Shown here one piece after another: positions 1-13,797 of a DNA stretch of 64,000 nucleotides. Every line of letters starts with the position of its first letter. Positions within the stretch are counted from its first letter, which is position 1. The stretch covers positions 45,782 through 109,781 of the forward strand of contig NW_005434510.1 in assembly GCF_000315625.1 (NCBI RefSeq). Direction: 5' to 3'. The translations under genes and the position numbers were made by a program. The notes under the pieces were generated by a model. That model saw only the letters and a program-made list of their open reading frames with translations. It ran no database searches and was not told where the DNA came from. Source of the stretch: Guillardia theta CCMP2712 (Eukaryota > Protista > Cryptophyta).

Positions 1-40
1 TCAGAACCCTACCCCTTCATCAGTATACGGGCATTGCGCC

Positions 41-1684
41 ATGCGGATAGCGGTGGAGGGGTGCGGGCATGGGGCGCTAGAGGAGATCTACGAGGCGATG
101 GCGGAGACAGAGAGGAGGAACGACTTCAAGTTCGACCTCCTCCTAGTCTGCGGGGACTTCCAGGCCGTCAGGAACCAGCAGGACCTGAACTGCATGGCGG
201 TACCACAGAAATACAGAACGATGAACAGGTGAAGTCACTCAACGCATGCAGTGGTGGCAGGAGTAGCTGACTCCCCTTCCTCCAGCTTCCACAAGTACTA
301 CTCGGGTCAGCTCATCGCTCCTATCCTCACCATCTTCATCGGCGGCAACCACGAGGCCTCGAACCACCTCTGGGAGCTCTACCATGGCGGCTGGGTCGCA
401 CCCAACATCTTCTTCCTCGGGTACTCTGGCGCCATCACGGTAGGAGGCGTCAGGATCGCAGGGCTGTCGGGGATCTACAAGAGCATGCACTACCGGCAGG
501 GGCACTGGGAACACCCGCCCTATGACCAGAGCAGCATGAGGAGTGCGTACCATGTTCGCGAGTATGAAGTTTGGAAGCTAGGGATGATGACAGGACACGT
601 TGACATCTTTCTTTCTCATGACTGGCCGAGGTTCCTTCTCCTTCCTCTTCCTGCGACATCACATGCTCAAGTTGCCCTGCAGAGGTATCACCAGGCATGG
701 CGACGAGAAGCGGCTCCTGAGGACGAAACGCTTCCTGGAGGAGGAAGTTCGGAACAATGTGCTGGGGAATCCGTACACTACTCCTCTCATTGACAAGCTG
801 AAGCCTGTAGACTTGAGAGAAGCTTCCTGCTGATGCCTGACGCTCCTCGCAGAGCTACTGGTTTGCTGCTCACTTGCACACCAAGTTTGCTGCGGTCTAT
901 GAAGTGAGTGTGTGGACAGCAGCCGATGATGATCTCAATGTTGCTTGACAGCACAAGGACACAGACAAGTGCACAAAGTTCTTGTCGCTGGATAAATGCC
1001 TGCCCAACAGAGACTTCCTGCAGGTGCTGCTACCCTCTTGCTCTGTCGCTTCGTCCTCTTCCTCCTCTCAACAAGTGTCTTCTCGCTCCTCCCCTCCCTT
1101 CGCAATGTTTCTTGCTTCCTCTACCATGAATCTTCCTCTGCAGCATGCCTGTCTTCTTCTTCTGCTCCTCTCGCAAAGTTCTGATCGCTCCTGTGTTTGC
1201 TAGGCCATTCACATCGAGACAGCAGAGTCAGCGGCCGGAGAGGACCTCTCCTCCTCCCTCCGCTATGACCCTGAGTGGCTCGCGATCATGCGGTGAGACT
1301 GAGAGGAGAGGAAAAGCAGAGGATTAGGATCGAGCGAGAGATGGAGAGGAGGGGAGGGGAGAGGAGAGGAGAGGAGGAAGGAGGAGAGGAGAGGAGGAGG
1401 GGAGGCAGCAGAGGACAAGGGGTGAGAAGGGGACAGGAGCAGGAGTGAAGGACAAAGCGGGCAGGGATGTGATGATTGCTGCAGAGCAGCAGAACCCTAC
1501 AGATCTCTTGGGCGGCAAGCTGTGATGCTGCCTGATCCAGAGACGTTCCGGGCTGAAGTTGACAAGCGTAAACTTCATCATGCGCGAAGACTGTATTACT
1601 GACTTGAAACTCTCCTCCGCCTCCGCCTCATCCTCTTCCTCTTCCTCTTCCTCTTCCTCTTCCTCTTCCTCTTCCTCTTCCTCT

Positions 1685-1718
<34 letters not shown>

Positions 1719-2142
1719 ATCCGCTCTTCCCCCACTCCCTCTCCCGCCGGCAGAACGCGAATGGATTGCACAGAAAATGAGCGAAGATCAAGATTTCAAT
1801 CGAATTCCAAACAACTTCGAGGTGAAATTATTTCTCCTCCTCTCCCTCCTTGCCGTCTGACCCCTCACCAGATCACTCTCCCTCCCTTCAATCCTCACCA
1901 ACGGGTCGGAGGCCAGCCGGAGTTCCATCCCAGCCCTCAGGTTCCTCCCTCCTCCCCCTCCCGGTGCTCTGACATGTTACGAACAGACGCAGGAGCTTGT
2001 CAAGAAACTTGACATCCTGATGCCCCACACGCAACTGAACCAGCCAAACAACGTCTGCGAGCCCGAGAACAACCCCGACGAGATCGGTCTCGACGACGAC
2101 GATGACGACGAACAACCGGCGGTAGGAGCTGATGTGACCTGA
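41..2142 (+). CDS. DBR1: RNA lariat debranching enzyme (multi-exon)
   Basis: Spliced exons give [64 protein letters not shown] and a C-terminal [10 protein letters not shown], all typical DBR1 metallophosphoesterase motifs. Stop TGA at 2140-2142. Confidence 0.95.
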
Positions 2143-2265
2143 TGGTAGGGAAGCTAACGATGCTGCAGGGGAACGTAGAGAAGAAGAGCGAGAAGAATGA
2201 AGAGGAAATAGACCTTGACGATTAAAGATGAGCAAGAGAGGAAACATTTCATGTCCGCGACTTTA

Positions 2266-3687
2266 CTAGTCATCCATCCCTTCCTCTAGCATCTCCACGA
2301 AGTTCTTGAACGAGTCTGCCCTCGCCCTCTCCTCTTGTTGGATTTTCAGTTTCGGATCAGAGACATCGTTTGACTCGTTCCCTTTCCCCGCCTTGTCTGC
2401 ATCGGTGACAGCAAAGACTCCTCCTCTTCTATCGCCTGCTCCTGCTGCTTCTGCTTCTCCTTCTGTTCGTCCTCCTTGTCCTGTGCTGGCATGTTTGTCT
2501 GCAGCTAGACTGTGGGACTCCTTCTTCTCTTGAAGGTTTTCAGCTGCAGCTCCCCTGCTGGCTTGCCTGGAGCCTTTCGGGTCCTCATTCATGGGCTGAC
2601 GGGCAAGGGCAGCAGGAGAAATCGAAATTCTCCCGATCATGGCCAGCTGCTTCTCCCTGCTCATCGTCGCATGTCTATCTGCCCACCTCTTGCTTGCAAC
2701 TGATCGCCAGAACGTCGAAGAAGACAACTTTTGTGTCATGTCCTGTGAGACAACCTCGTTCAATCGTGAAGGAAGTCGAACGCGGTGCTGTGTCTTTCTT
2801 GACACGATTGAACGTGTTGTATGTTGTCTCGTGACCTGCTGTCTTGCGATGTTTCCTTGGTTGCTTCCCCGGTGCGAGGAGCGAGAGCGAGCGGCTGCTT
2901 TGCTCTCTTGCACATAATCTTCGGCTGCGACTTGCCGTATGAATCGGATGTCGCTGTCAACCACTGAGACCTCATCTGCCCCATCTTCAGACGACCCTGA
3001 CTCAGTCTCTTCAGACGTCGAGGCTCGCGTCTCGCTTGTCTCGTCCGACTCCGCCAGCCCCTCCCGTGGGTCTGAGTGGGTCCTGGAGGACAGCATGGCC
3101 TCCTTTACCGCCTTCCTCTCCTCGATCAACACCTGTAGGTCCGATACCAGCTTGAGGTCCATCACCCGACTGTGTTCATCGCGACATTCAGCGAGTTCCT
3201 TTAGCACGTGTCTGACTCCATGAGCGAGAACATTGATGTCTGCGAGAGTCGACCTGAGAAATCTCCTTGTCTGGTCGAGGGAAGGAGACATCTCGACGTT
3301 TCCCCTCAGTTTCATTGCACTTCGCTCAAAGAAAGAATCTTCGGCGAGGCCGGAGGAACCCAGAAACAACAAACGCTCGCCAGATTCCGATGTATGTGAC
3401 ACTTGAGACGAAGACGAGGACGAGGACGAGGACGAGGAAGACGAGGACGAGGAGGATCTCCTAGAAATCGTAATCCTGTCCAGCGAGGAGAGGAGTGGAA
3501 AGTCCTGGCCAAACGACCTCTTATCTCCTCTCCTTCCCTTCGTCATGTCCACCTTCTCTGTCTCGTTCCTCTCATCATCTCCTCCTCTTCTTCTCATCCC
3601 CTTCTCTTCCTCTCCTCCTCTCCTCTCCCTCCCCTCCTCATTCCCACCATGCCTGTCCAGAGGACCATGTAACGTCGTTTCTAGCAC
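2266..3687 (-). CDS. hypothetical coiled-coil/low-complexity protein (5' end and intron structure uncertain)
   Basis: Long open frame with protein-like composition from about 3480 to 2266. The purine-rich 3490-3660 part is probably intronic. No family recognised. Confidence 0.5.
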   Translation of the reverse strand: MLETTLHGPLDRHGGNEEGRERRGGEEEKGMRRRGGDDERNETEKVDMTKGRRGDKRSFGQDFPLLSSLDRITISRRSSSSSSSSSSSSSSSSSQVSHTSESGERLLFLGSSGLAEDSFFERSAMKLRGNVEMSPSLDQTRRFLRSTLADINVLAHGVRHVLKELAECRDEHSRVMDLKLVSDLQVLIEERKAVKEAMLSSRTHSDPREGLAESDETSETRASTSEETESGSSEDGADEVSVVDSDIRFIRQVAAEDYVQESKAAARSRSSHRGSNQGNIARQQVTRQHTTRSIVSRKTQHRVRLPSRLNEVVSQDMTQKLSSSTFWRSVASKRWADRHATMSREKQLAMIGRISISPAALARQPMNEDPKGSRQASRGAAAENLQEKKESHSLAADKHASTGQGGRTEGEAEAAGAGDRRGGVFAVTDADKAGKGNESNDVSDPKLKIQQEERARADSFKNFVEMLEEGMDD

Positions 3688-4355
3688 TGCCCTAGATCTG
3701 ATGCTAATGCAGCAATTAAGAGTATGCAGCTGCCCCCGAAAACGATGGGGTTGTGACTAAAAGTTTGACATCGGAGGTATCACTACTATCAGTGAGCGGT
3801 CAGGCCGGGGCAGTCGCGCCGCAACTTAGCCGGGCCCCGGCTTAGAGAGACTTTGACAGGATTTACATCCATCATAGTAAGACCTCTACTAGTCCATAAA
3901 GACCTCTCACTCCCCACGGTGCTGCTCCTGGTCAATCACTGACTTCCAACTTAGCTCCTGCTGCTCAAGTCTGGCTCACTTCCGAGTTTCTGCCGCCGGA
4001 TCATGCTTCGAGGCTCAGTTCGAGTGAGAGTTGGGCTTCTCCCCCCTGTTGGATCCAGGGCTTGGCAAAGTCGGATCAGCCTTTTCCTCCGGTGCCTAGC
4101 CTAATAGCCCTCCCCCTTCTGATTCATTTTAGGCTCTTCAGTGGAGGCTCAGGCTTAGTAGCCGGACGATCATTACCCTCCGAGGCTTGGATTCTGTTGA
4201 TGAATTTCCGAAGTTGTATTGTTTGACTCCGTTTCTAACAAGATAGGAAATAAAAATAATGCTGATTTCTCCTCATTCACAAAGGAAAAACGAGGAGAAA
4301 AAGGAGGAAGAAGGGGAGAGGAAAAGAAGAAAGAGGAGGAGGAGGAGAGGAAAAA

Positions 4356-6530
<2,175 letters not shown>

Positions 6531-7721
6531 TTCTTGCTGCGGCCTCATTCTGACAAGAGAAAACTTGCCGGATTGAGATGACTTTGAAGAGTGGTTTGAT
6601 ACATCCTTTCCTGCTCGTCGCGATTCTAGCTGATTGTCAAACACGGATGACAGAAGAAGCAATGCAGACCTTGTATTCCTCTATCATTGCTCTGAGTGGA
6701 TGATTGTATGCCCATCTTGCTGTCTTCAAACATTCCCGTATCAAATGCTTGTATCGTCATAAAATTTCTTTCCATCTAACTTCAAATCATATGTAGGATC
6801 CTCCACTACCTAAGCACGAGAAGCAAACACTATGAAATAACATCTCACTGCCGATTTTTCCCGCTCCCCTTCCCTCCCTCATTCAAGCTCGCCAAAAGGC
6901 AACTTCTTGCATCCCCTCAAATTTCCTTCTCGACCATTGAACTTGATGTCAACCCTTTTTTCAGTTTCACTGAGTAGCTTGTTCCTGTCGCTCTATCATC
7001 TTTTCGACTTTACTCAGCACATGCCGCTATCAAAATCTTGTTCAAAACTTGGCTTTACATCAATAAGCCTCCTCTCCCCTTGACTTTCTCTATGGTGCAC
7101 TGTCTTGATATGATTACTTTTCAGTCTGTTTTCAAGATGTTTCATCCACTTTGCTCTTCTCTGCTTCCGTCCTCACCAAGATTCTTTCGTGATATTTTTG
7201 TCCCTTGCTTCATTGTTTCCCCCTTCCATACATCTTTCTTTCTGTCCCTTCCCGCTACATCCTCTCATCCCACAACCATCGTCGTATCTACTGTCGCTCG
7301 GCTGTGCATGGAACAAAGGAGAACGCGGGGGTCCCCTATCACCCCACCCCCTCTTTTCCATAGCGTCCCCCTTCATTTGTACCAGCTATCACCACCCCAC
7401 CTCCCCATTGCACAATCAGATTGACTACCCTCGAGTCATGTTCTCATGGGATTGTGAGGAGATGAGGGCACGGTCACGGAACACCGGGCCCGCCGGTACG
7501 CACGGTCAGGCCCGCCGTCGGTCACCGTGGCACTGTGACGCCGCCGCCGGGGTGCCACTGGGCCACGGTGCGGCCCGGCCTGGACTTCCGAAAGTTGTGC
7601 GGGTGCGCGGAAGGACAGAACTTCCAAAGACTCGGCGGACTTTGTAGGCAATCAAACAATCATTCACTCATCACTCGGACACAAAATTACCATGCTGCTG
7701 ACGGCAGTGAAAGAATACAAA

Positions 7722-8973
7722 CTACGAGGTTTCGATTTTAGCGGTTGCATAGTAGTCTGAGAATCCAACATCTGAGTCCGAATCGTTCCCCATGTTCAAA
7801 ACGCTTCCATGATCGGAAGGCGGCGACAGGCGAAGGAAGCCTCTTGCTGTTGCCTCATCAGGAGTATCACTCTCCAATCCTTCTTCATCCTGTTGCTGAT
7901 CGACAAAAAATAAGTTCTTCATCATTCATCTTTGATCTTTACCTCGTCTTGAGCTGAAACCAAATAGATGTCCAAAGGCCCATCCTTTGACTGCAAGTAG
8001 ATCTGATACTTCTGTCGATCTCGCTCAGGAAGATGCTCTGGATATGGGACGGCGATGGTCGTCCCGCTAGGCGCCTTGATCGCGATTACTGTCTGATCCT
8101 TGAAAGCAGGGATGTTGCGAATGTCCTCATCAGTCACGTACGCCCGAGATCGAAAGTTCGCATCATTCTGCATCAAGCAGGTGAGCAAATGACACAGGGT
8201 GCATCAAAAGAATGCAGCAAGAAGCAATCTAGCAAGAGCGCTGATACCTGCTGTATGACGAACTCTCGATTAAGAATATCCATGTACGAATCAAGCTCCT
8301 TCGAGCGGGCTTCCAGCATTCGCAGCTTTTCTTGCAGATCTTCAACTCCCTCATGATCAGTGCCATCCCCCTCACCACACCTGTGAGGAGCTCAACAACA
8401 CAAGAAAGCAAGTGTGAGCCAAGACAAGACAACGTACCCTTTCCATTGGATGTTGTTCTTAGACTTCTTCTCTATCAAACCGATCCCCTCCAAGACATTC
8501 GTGATGTCGTAGATTCTTCGTTTCTGCACAGAAGCAGCAAGTCAAATGGCAATGATTTAGCATGGCACATGGCACAGCACCTGGACGAGGAGCTTTCCAG
8601 CGGCAGTGTTGAGATCAATGATGCCGTCCGGGGCATCTTGCACCAACGACACAAACTTCTTAGTGAGTGTTCCAAGCGAACAATCATTTCTGCTTCCCCC
8701 TAGTGCAAGAGTTACTTGTATGACCAAACATTCATGAAGATCGAAAAGGGGCTAACCGGAAGGATCATTTCGTGAAGGAGTATTCCCTTTCTTCAGTGGG
8801 GAAAAGTAAAGAGTCAGATCATCCATTTGCTAGCGTGTGAAGGATCTGTAGTGACTTCTCACCTTCCTTTTCGAAGATGAAGGCGACTCATCCACCAATC
8901 CGTAGTCCCCGCATGCATCATCCGCACCCAAGTCCTCATCCTCGGTTTTGACTTGCCTTTTCATGGGCCCCAT
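7722..8973 (-). CDS. E2F: E2F transcription factor (multi-exon)
   Basis: DNA-binding domain [24 protein letters not shown]...[29 protein letters not shown]. Marked box [28 protein letters not shown]...GPLDIYLVS. Acidic C-terminus. Candidate ATG at 8973. Confidence 0.95.
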
Positions 8974-9769
8974 CGCAGCAGCGACTTGCTGCTAATAACT
9001 ATGCCGAAAACGAGAAAACAGCAGAAATAGGCGACACGCAAAGAACGGGGATTTCTTACACGAAAGTAAGAGAGGATATCAATGCAGAGATGCGATCATT
9101 ACCTTCAAGACAAGCCCTTGTATTCCCCTCTTTGCAAGTACACGACGAGAAGAGGATCTTGGACGATGTTTCTTGACCAGAGGGAGAAGAAGAGTCGATG
9201 TCTTGCTGGAGTGACGGGGAGAAGCAAGCAAGAAGAAGATCGAGGAATCAGAGCAGGAGCTAGAGAGAAGCGTCTGGCGGAAACGTCGCCTCAATGCTTC
9301 ACGCTGACTGCAGCGGGAGCATACTGGCGGGCATCCTCTACTCAACTTTTAAAAATCACCAAAGTTCTTATAAACCCAGTACCTCCATACATCAAAATTA
9401 TATTTATTTTCTACTGGATTATCGACATGAGGGCGAGTTTCGGTACAACGACAGCCACTCGAGTTTTAAAATATAATAATATAGAATAATAAAAAGAAAT
9501 ATCCTTCTTCGACTCATTTTTCAATACAAGCAGAGTTCCTTTGTACTGGTTGAAAACGAGCGTTTCGGAATATCTTCTCATAATATATATAATATTTAAA
9601 AATATTGATTACCATGGTAGTTTGCCGACGAAAAAAGATATATTCTTTTATAAATTACTTATTTTGTTTTGCGTACGGTTTAATAACGAAAAATCTTCAT
9701 TTTAAAGGCTCTGAGGCGAACTTCCAAAACTTGCTCCACCCCTACCAACGTACCCTGGCACCACCGGGA

Positions 9770-9861
9770 CCACCACCACCACCACCACCACCATCACCAT
9801 CACCACCACCACCACCACCACCACCACCACCACCACCACCCCACCACCCCCACCACCACCA
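9770..9861. repeat. (CCA)n trinucleotide microsatellite
   Basis: About 30 near-perfect CCA units. Confidence 0.9.
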
Positions 9862-10124
9862 CGAATCTGGATTGGGCCATTCTTGCTACCCCACCCCCAC
9901 TTCACAGACACCCCACCCACCCTTCGAGCTGCCGCTACTCATCAGGATCAGGCTTTGTGCGACGGTCCTCTGGCTCGGACGGGACTGGAGGCTAGTGGGT
10001 CCTAGGAGAGTCTTAACAACTTCAATAGCCCTTCAGCGGGGATCATCGATCCGATGATCCGATTATTGAAGGCGTGAAAATATATGATAGCCGCTTTCAC
10101 TTTCGGGAGTTAAAATAGCCTGAC

Positions 10125-10775
10125 CGTCGCCGTCGGACAGTGATGCGGCGGCGGCCACGGCGCAGCACCGGGCCGCGCGGCCGCTCCGGGCGCGCGGGCG
10201 CGCGGCTTCCGGCGATCCGGCCGGCCGGGCCGGCGGCTGGCCCCGGGATCATCATAGCACTGCGGCATACCGACGGTACTCACTACCCGGCGTCATTAGT
10301 CGGATAGTATCATCATCGGATCATCGGATTCCGAGTCAGCTTACTCCGAAGTGCAAGGCCCCGGAGTCCGAGTCGGACTACGGTCCGGAGCCCGGTCGGT
10401 CACGGGTCAGTGCCAGCCAGTGCGGCTCAGCGGCCGCCGAGTCCCGGCGGCCCTGCCGGGCCGCCGGGTACGGTATACTCGGGCCAGGCGCCGACCCGGT
10501 ACCGTACCGTACGGTCGGACTCAGCGGCCTACGCGCCGGCTGGTCACGGGTCACCGGGTGGCGGCCAACGCGGCGGCCGCGGAGGGCCCGGCTGTGACTC
10601 AGGCTTGCCCGGCACCGGACGGTGCCGCTGCAGTGCGGCAGGCCGGGCCGGCCCGGGCCGCCGGGCCGCAGTCACGCCGCACGCCGGGCCGGGGTGATTT
10701 TAACTAGTAATACGGTAGTACCGCCCCGCTCCGGGCCGAGCAGAACTTAACTTCGGAAGCTGTTCGGAAGGCTCA
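10125..10775. other. very GC/CpG-rich intergenic block (one of several in the window)
   Basis: Non-coding-looking block rich in CCGG, GGCC, GACTC/GAGTC and GTAC, ending in AACTTAACTTCGGAAG. Similar blocks at about 3790, 7465, 13260, 21590, 28510, 55985 and 57780. Confidence 0.7.
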
Positions 10776-10826
10776 AATGACTCGAAGGTGAGGCGAGCTC
10801 GTAGGTCCCACTTGTAAGGGCGCGTC

Positions 10827-11580
10827 ATGTTGCTTCGGGTCACAAGCGCTATGGCGCTGATCGGAGCGGCCTCTTCGTTCATGATCAGCCTTCCTGCTCC
10901 TTCACACACATCTTGTCTCACCACTGTATGCTCTGTTGTGTCTCCCAATCCTTCCCAGCCCTCGTTTTCCTCCTCCAGGAGATCCATCGTCGCTGGGATC
11001 TTGAGCGTAGGGGGTGCTTTTCTTGCTGGCCCTGTTCTTGCGGAGGATCGTCCAAAAATCCCAGAGGATCAGATGATAAAGCCTCCGTCAAACAGCTGCG
11101 CCCAGGGTAAACTCCTTGCTGCATCCCGCAATCATAGATTTACCATCGTCCCAGCCCGCTGATCGTTGACGTTTCCAGGGGTTGGTGGCAAATGCGAGGA
11201 GCTTGCAGAGGGAAACCCGCTCATCATGGAGCTTCAGAAGCGATCTGCAGCAAACAGGTAGAAATTTGGTGATACCGCCGTCATTTTTATCGTCAAGGCA
11301 GGTTGAAATACCAAAAAGAGGAACTTGAAAGCTACTGGTAACCTCGCGCCTGTCTCCTATTTGCACTTTTAGAATAACCACCTTAATCGAAGGAACCGCA
11401 ACTACAAGGACTTCTTCGACAACTCGTGCACTGCTCAGAATCGCAAGGTGGTGAAAGATCTGATAGTTCGTGTCGCTGAGTTCCTTCCCCTGGCAGTGCA
11501 ATTTTGTCCAGCGCGAAGATGGAACCTGGGCGGTGATCGACAAGGACAGTACAATTCCCTTGAAGAGCAGCAAACAATGA
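10827..11580 (+). CDS. plastid-targeted thylakoid-lumen protein, PsaN-like family
   Basis: Signal peptide ending AASS-F, Ser-rich transit region, twin-Arg SRRSIVAGILSVGGAFLAGPVLA-E. The spliced mature part LIMELQKRSAANREKYQKEELESYWNRNYKDFF resembles, from recall, the PsaN-like 'KSxxNKExNDKERLxxYYxRNYKDYF' motif. Confidence 0.7.
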
Positions 11581-11720
11581 AGTGTCACTAGTATGCGAAT
11601 CAGGCCATGAAGGCGATGCAGAAAATGATTTATTCGCGGGTGATGATCATCATATAAAGCGTTTCAACAAACATTCAAATATTTACGATCCGTCCTCAGG
11701 AATTCCAAACCTGCCGAACA

Positions 11721-12850
11721 TTATAGGTCAGATATCAGAGTCGCTGCATTTCTCCATCTCAACCTATCAATCTTGCCCTTCTTGATGTTCTTCGGATTGG
11801 GACGTCCACCTGAAAAAGCCAAATCAATCAACATGTCCTCAGCAGTACAACATGGAAATATCCCGTCACTCACATTCCTTCCAGCGTGTCTCACATCCAT
11901 GCAACGCAGCGTATCGAAGCCTGTCCGAGATGTCGTTGTTGGCTGCCTCCTTTGGAAGAAAAGAGCATCAATACACAAAAGAGTGGTCAAAGACATAAAA
12001 CATGCGCAAATCAGCAAAACTCGAGATCAGCAGTCAAAGTCACATAATAACTTGACAGTGACGCATATCAACCAAGGTGTGTGAGCCACAACAACATCTC
12101 GCCCGGAAATTCAGAAGCAACCATGAAAATCAAGCATGCACATGTGTTGAATTTTGCATGAACCTTCTCCCTTTCTCTTCAACAATTCTGCAGCATCTCC
12201 AACCTTGCCTCGAATCTATCTGCCTCAACACTCTGTCGAAATCCTTCTAACATTATCATGAACACGATCATCCATCAGTCAAAACAAAGGCCTACGAAAT
12301 ACAACACTTTCTCTTCCAGTTATTGCCCTTCTCCTCGTCGCCCTTCTCCTCAGGATGATTCTCATCGATACCAACATAGCATCAGCAGAAAGGTAATTCA
12401 TAACATATATGTATCATAAACATCAGCATAACTTTGAATCATCTTGCTCTTCAAGCGATCTATGTTGACGATCACAGCAATCTACGATATTTGATATGCG
12501 AGTGGTTGTAACGAAATGATTCCACATAGGAAATCCAATTGTGCTGCTTGTTGAACACCATTGTTCCCTACAGCAATCAGGATCCATATCATAGTTGGCG
12601 GCATAATTGAATCAGCATGATAATCGCCCGCAACACCGACCTCCATTTGATCATAGATATCAATGGTGAACACCTCTAAGACTTCACCATCTGTTCTATA
12701 CTACCCCCTCATTCTCTCTCCCTGTACCGTCTTTTCTCTATCTGTCTCCTCGTGCTTTGCTGCTTGTTCATGTTCTCCCTCTCCTCCCGTCCTCCTTCCT
12801 CTTCTTACTTGTCTGTAGGGGTTGCTCGCGCCTTTCAGCACATCAAACAT
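11721..12850 (-). CDS. possible small multi-exon hypothetical gene
   Basis: Several short open segments bounded by GT/AG sites (e.g. MFDVLKGASNPYRQ|gtaaga; KDFDRVLRQIDSRQGWRCCRIVEEKGR; GGRPNPKNIKKGKIDRLRW). No family recognised. Confidence 0.35.
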
Positions 12851-13426
12851 GGCGGCTCCTCCTGACCCCCGGACCCCTTCGTTTCTTCTCATGACCCTGC
12901 GTCCCTGGAGTGGGGTGGTGATAGTATTTCTATAAACATGTATTTGACTGAAATAATGTATATCAATTAGTACTATAATAAAAGATTAAACTTTTATGAT
13001 ACCAAAAAGAAGCATATGGGTGGGTGATTTATTGTTATCCATCGTGTTCTAATTTGGGGTCGTCGTTGAGGCACACTTGGAAATTCAACCACGGGCACAC
13101 CCCATCTATGGTACCCCCTACCCTTTTATATTGTGACCTACCCATTGATTCAACTCTCAACAACCTTTCAAAAGACGGGTGTATAAAGTACCCTAGAGGG
13201 GTCATTTAAGAAAAACCTGTACCCCCACCCTCCCTGAAATGGATCAACTTAGTCCTGGAATCCCGTCGGGCCGGCCGGGCCGCATTGGGCCTGAACTTCA
13301 TTTCGGGCTCAGAGGCCGTGTAGCACAGCTAGTACATGTGCATGGGCGCATAGCTAGCAATAGAGCATCGATGCTGTACCGCTGCCAATGGTGTGTGCGA
13401 CTCTTTGACATGAGTCGCCTGCTCCT

Positions 13427-13522
13427 CCTTCCCTTCCTACCATTACTAGTCCTCACCTCTTCCTTCCCTTGCTACCAATATTAGTCCTCACCTCTTCCTT
13501 CCCTTCCTACCACTACCAGTCC
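13427..13522. repeat. 35-bp tandem repeat, about 2.7 copies
   Basis: CCTTCCCTTCCTACCATTACTAGTCCTCACCTCTT-like units starting at 13427, 13462 and 13497. Confidence 0.8.
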
Positions 13523-13797
13523 CAATCCTCGTCCTCCTTGCTATCCTCCTCGAGCACCTTCCCGTCATCTACCTTAACCATCTACACCTATAACACCAAC
13601 TCATTGTAGTTATTAATTTCTCATCCTCCTTTCTCTTCTGCCTCCTTCACGTTTGCTCCACCCTCCTCACGGCCCCACAATACTCAGATTCTCGTCTCCC
13701 AACACCCGCTCCCTATATCTCATCGCCCGTGCGTTTCCTTTGTCTCAATTTCTACATCCTCCGTTTGATATATATCATAAGTGTGAACAAGCAGCCA

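Noticed and set aside
41-2142. Functional link between DBR1 and the micro-exon array
   Set aside because: They are 20 kb apart with unrelated genes between. Proximity in a eukaryotic genome is not evidence of a shared system.
9730-9925. Telomere-like C-rich repeat
   Set aside because: Simple (CCA)n inside the contig with genes on both sides. It is not a TTAGGG-type array.
10351-10707. ORFs in GC-rich blocks (also 7436-7741, 21492-21792, 57710-58122)
   Set aside because: Open only because of extreme GC content. Ala/Arg/Gly/Pro-rich with no motifs or splice context.
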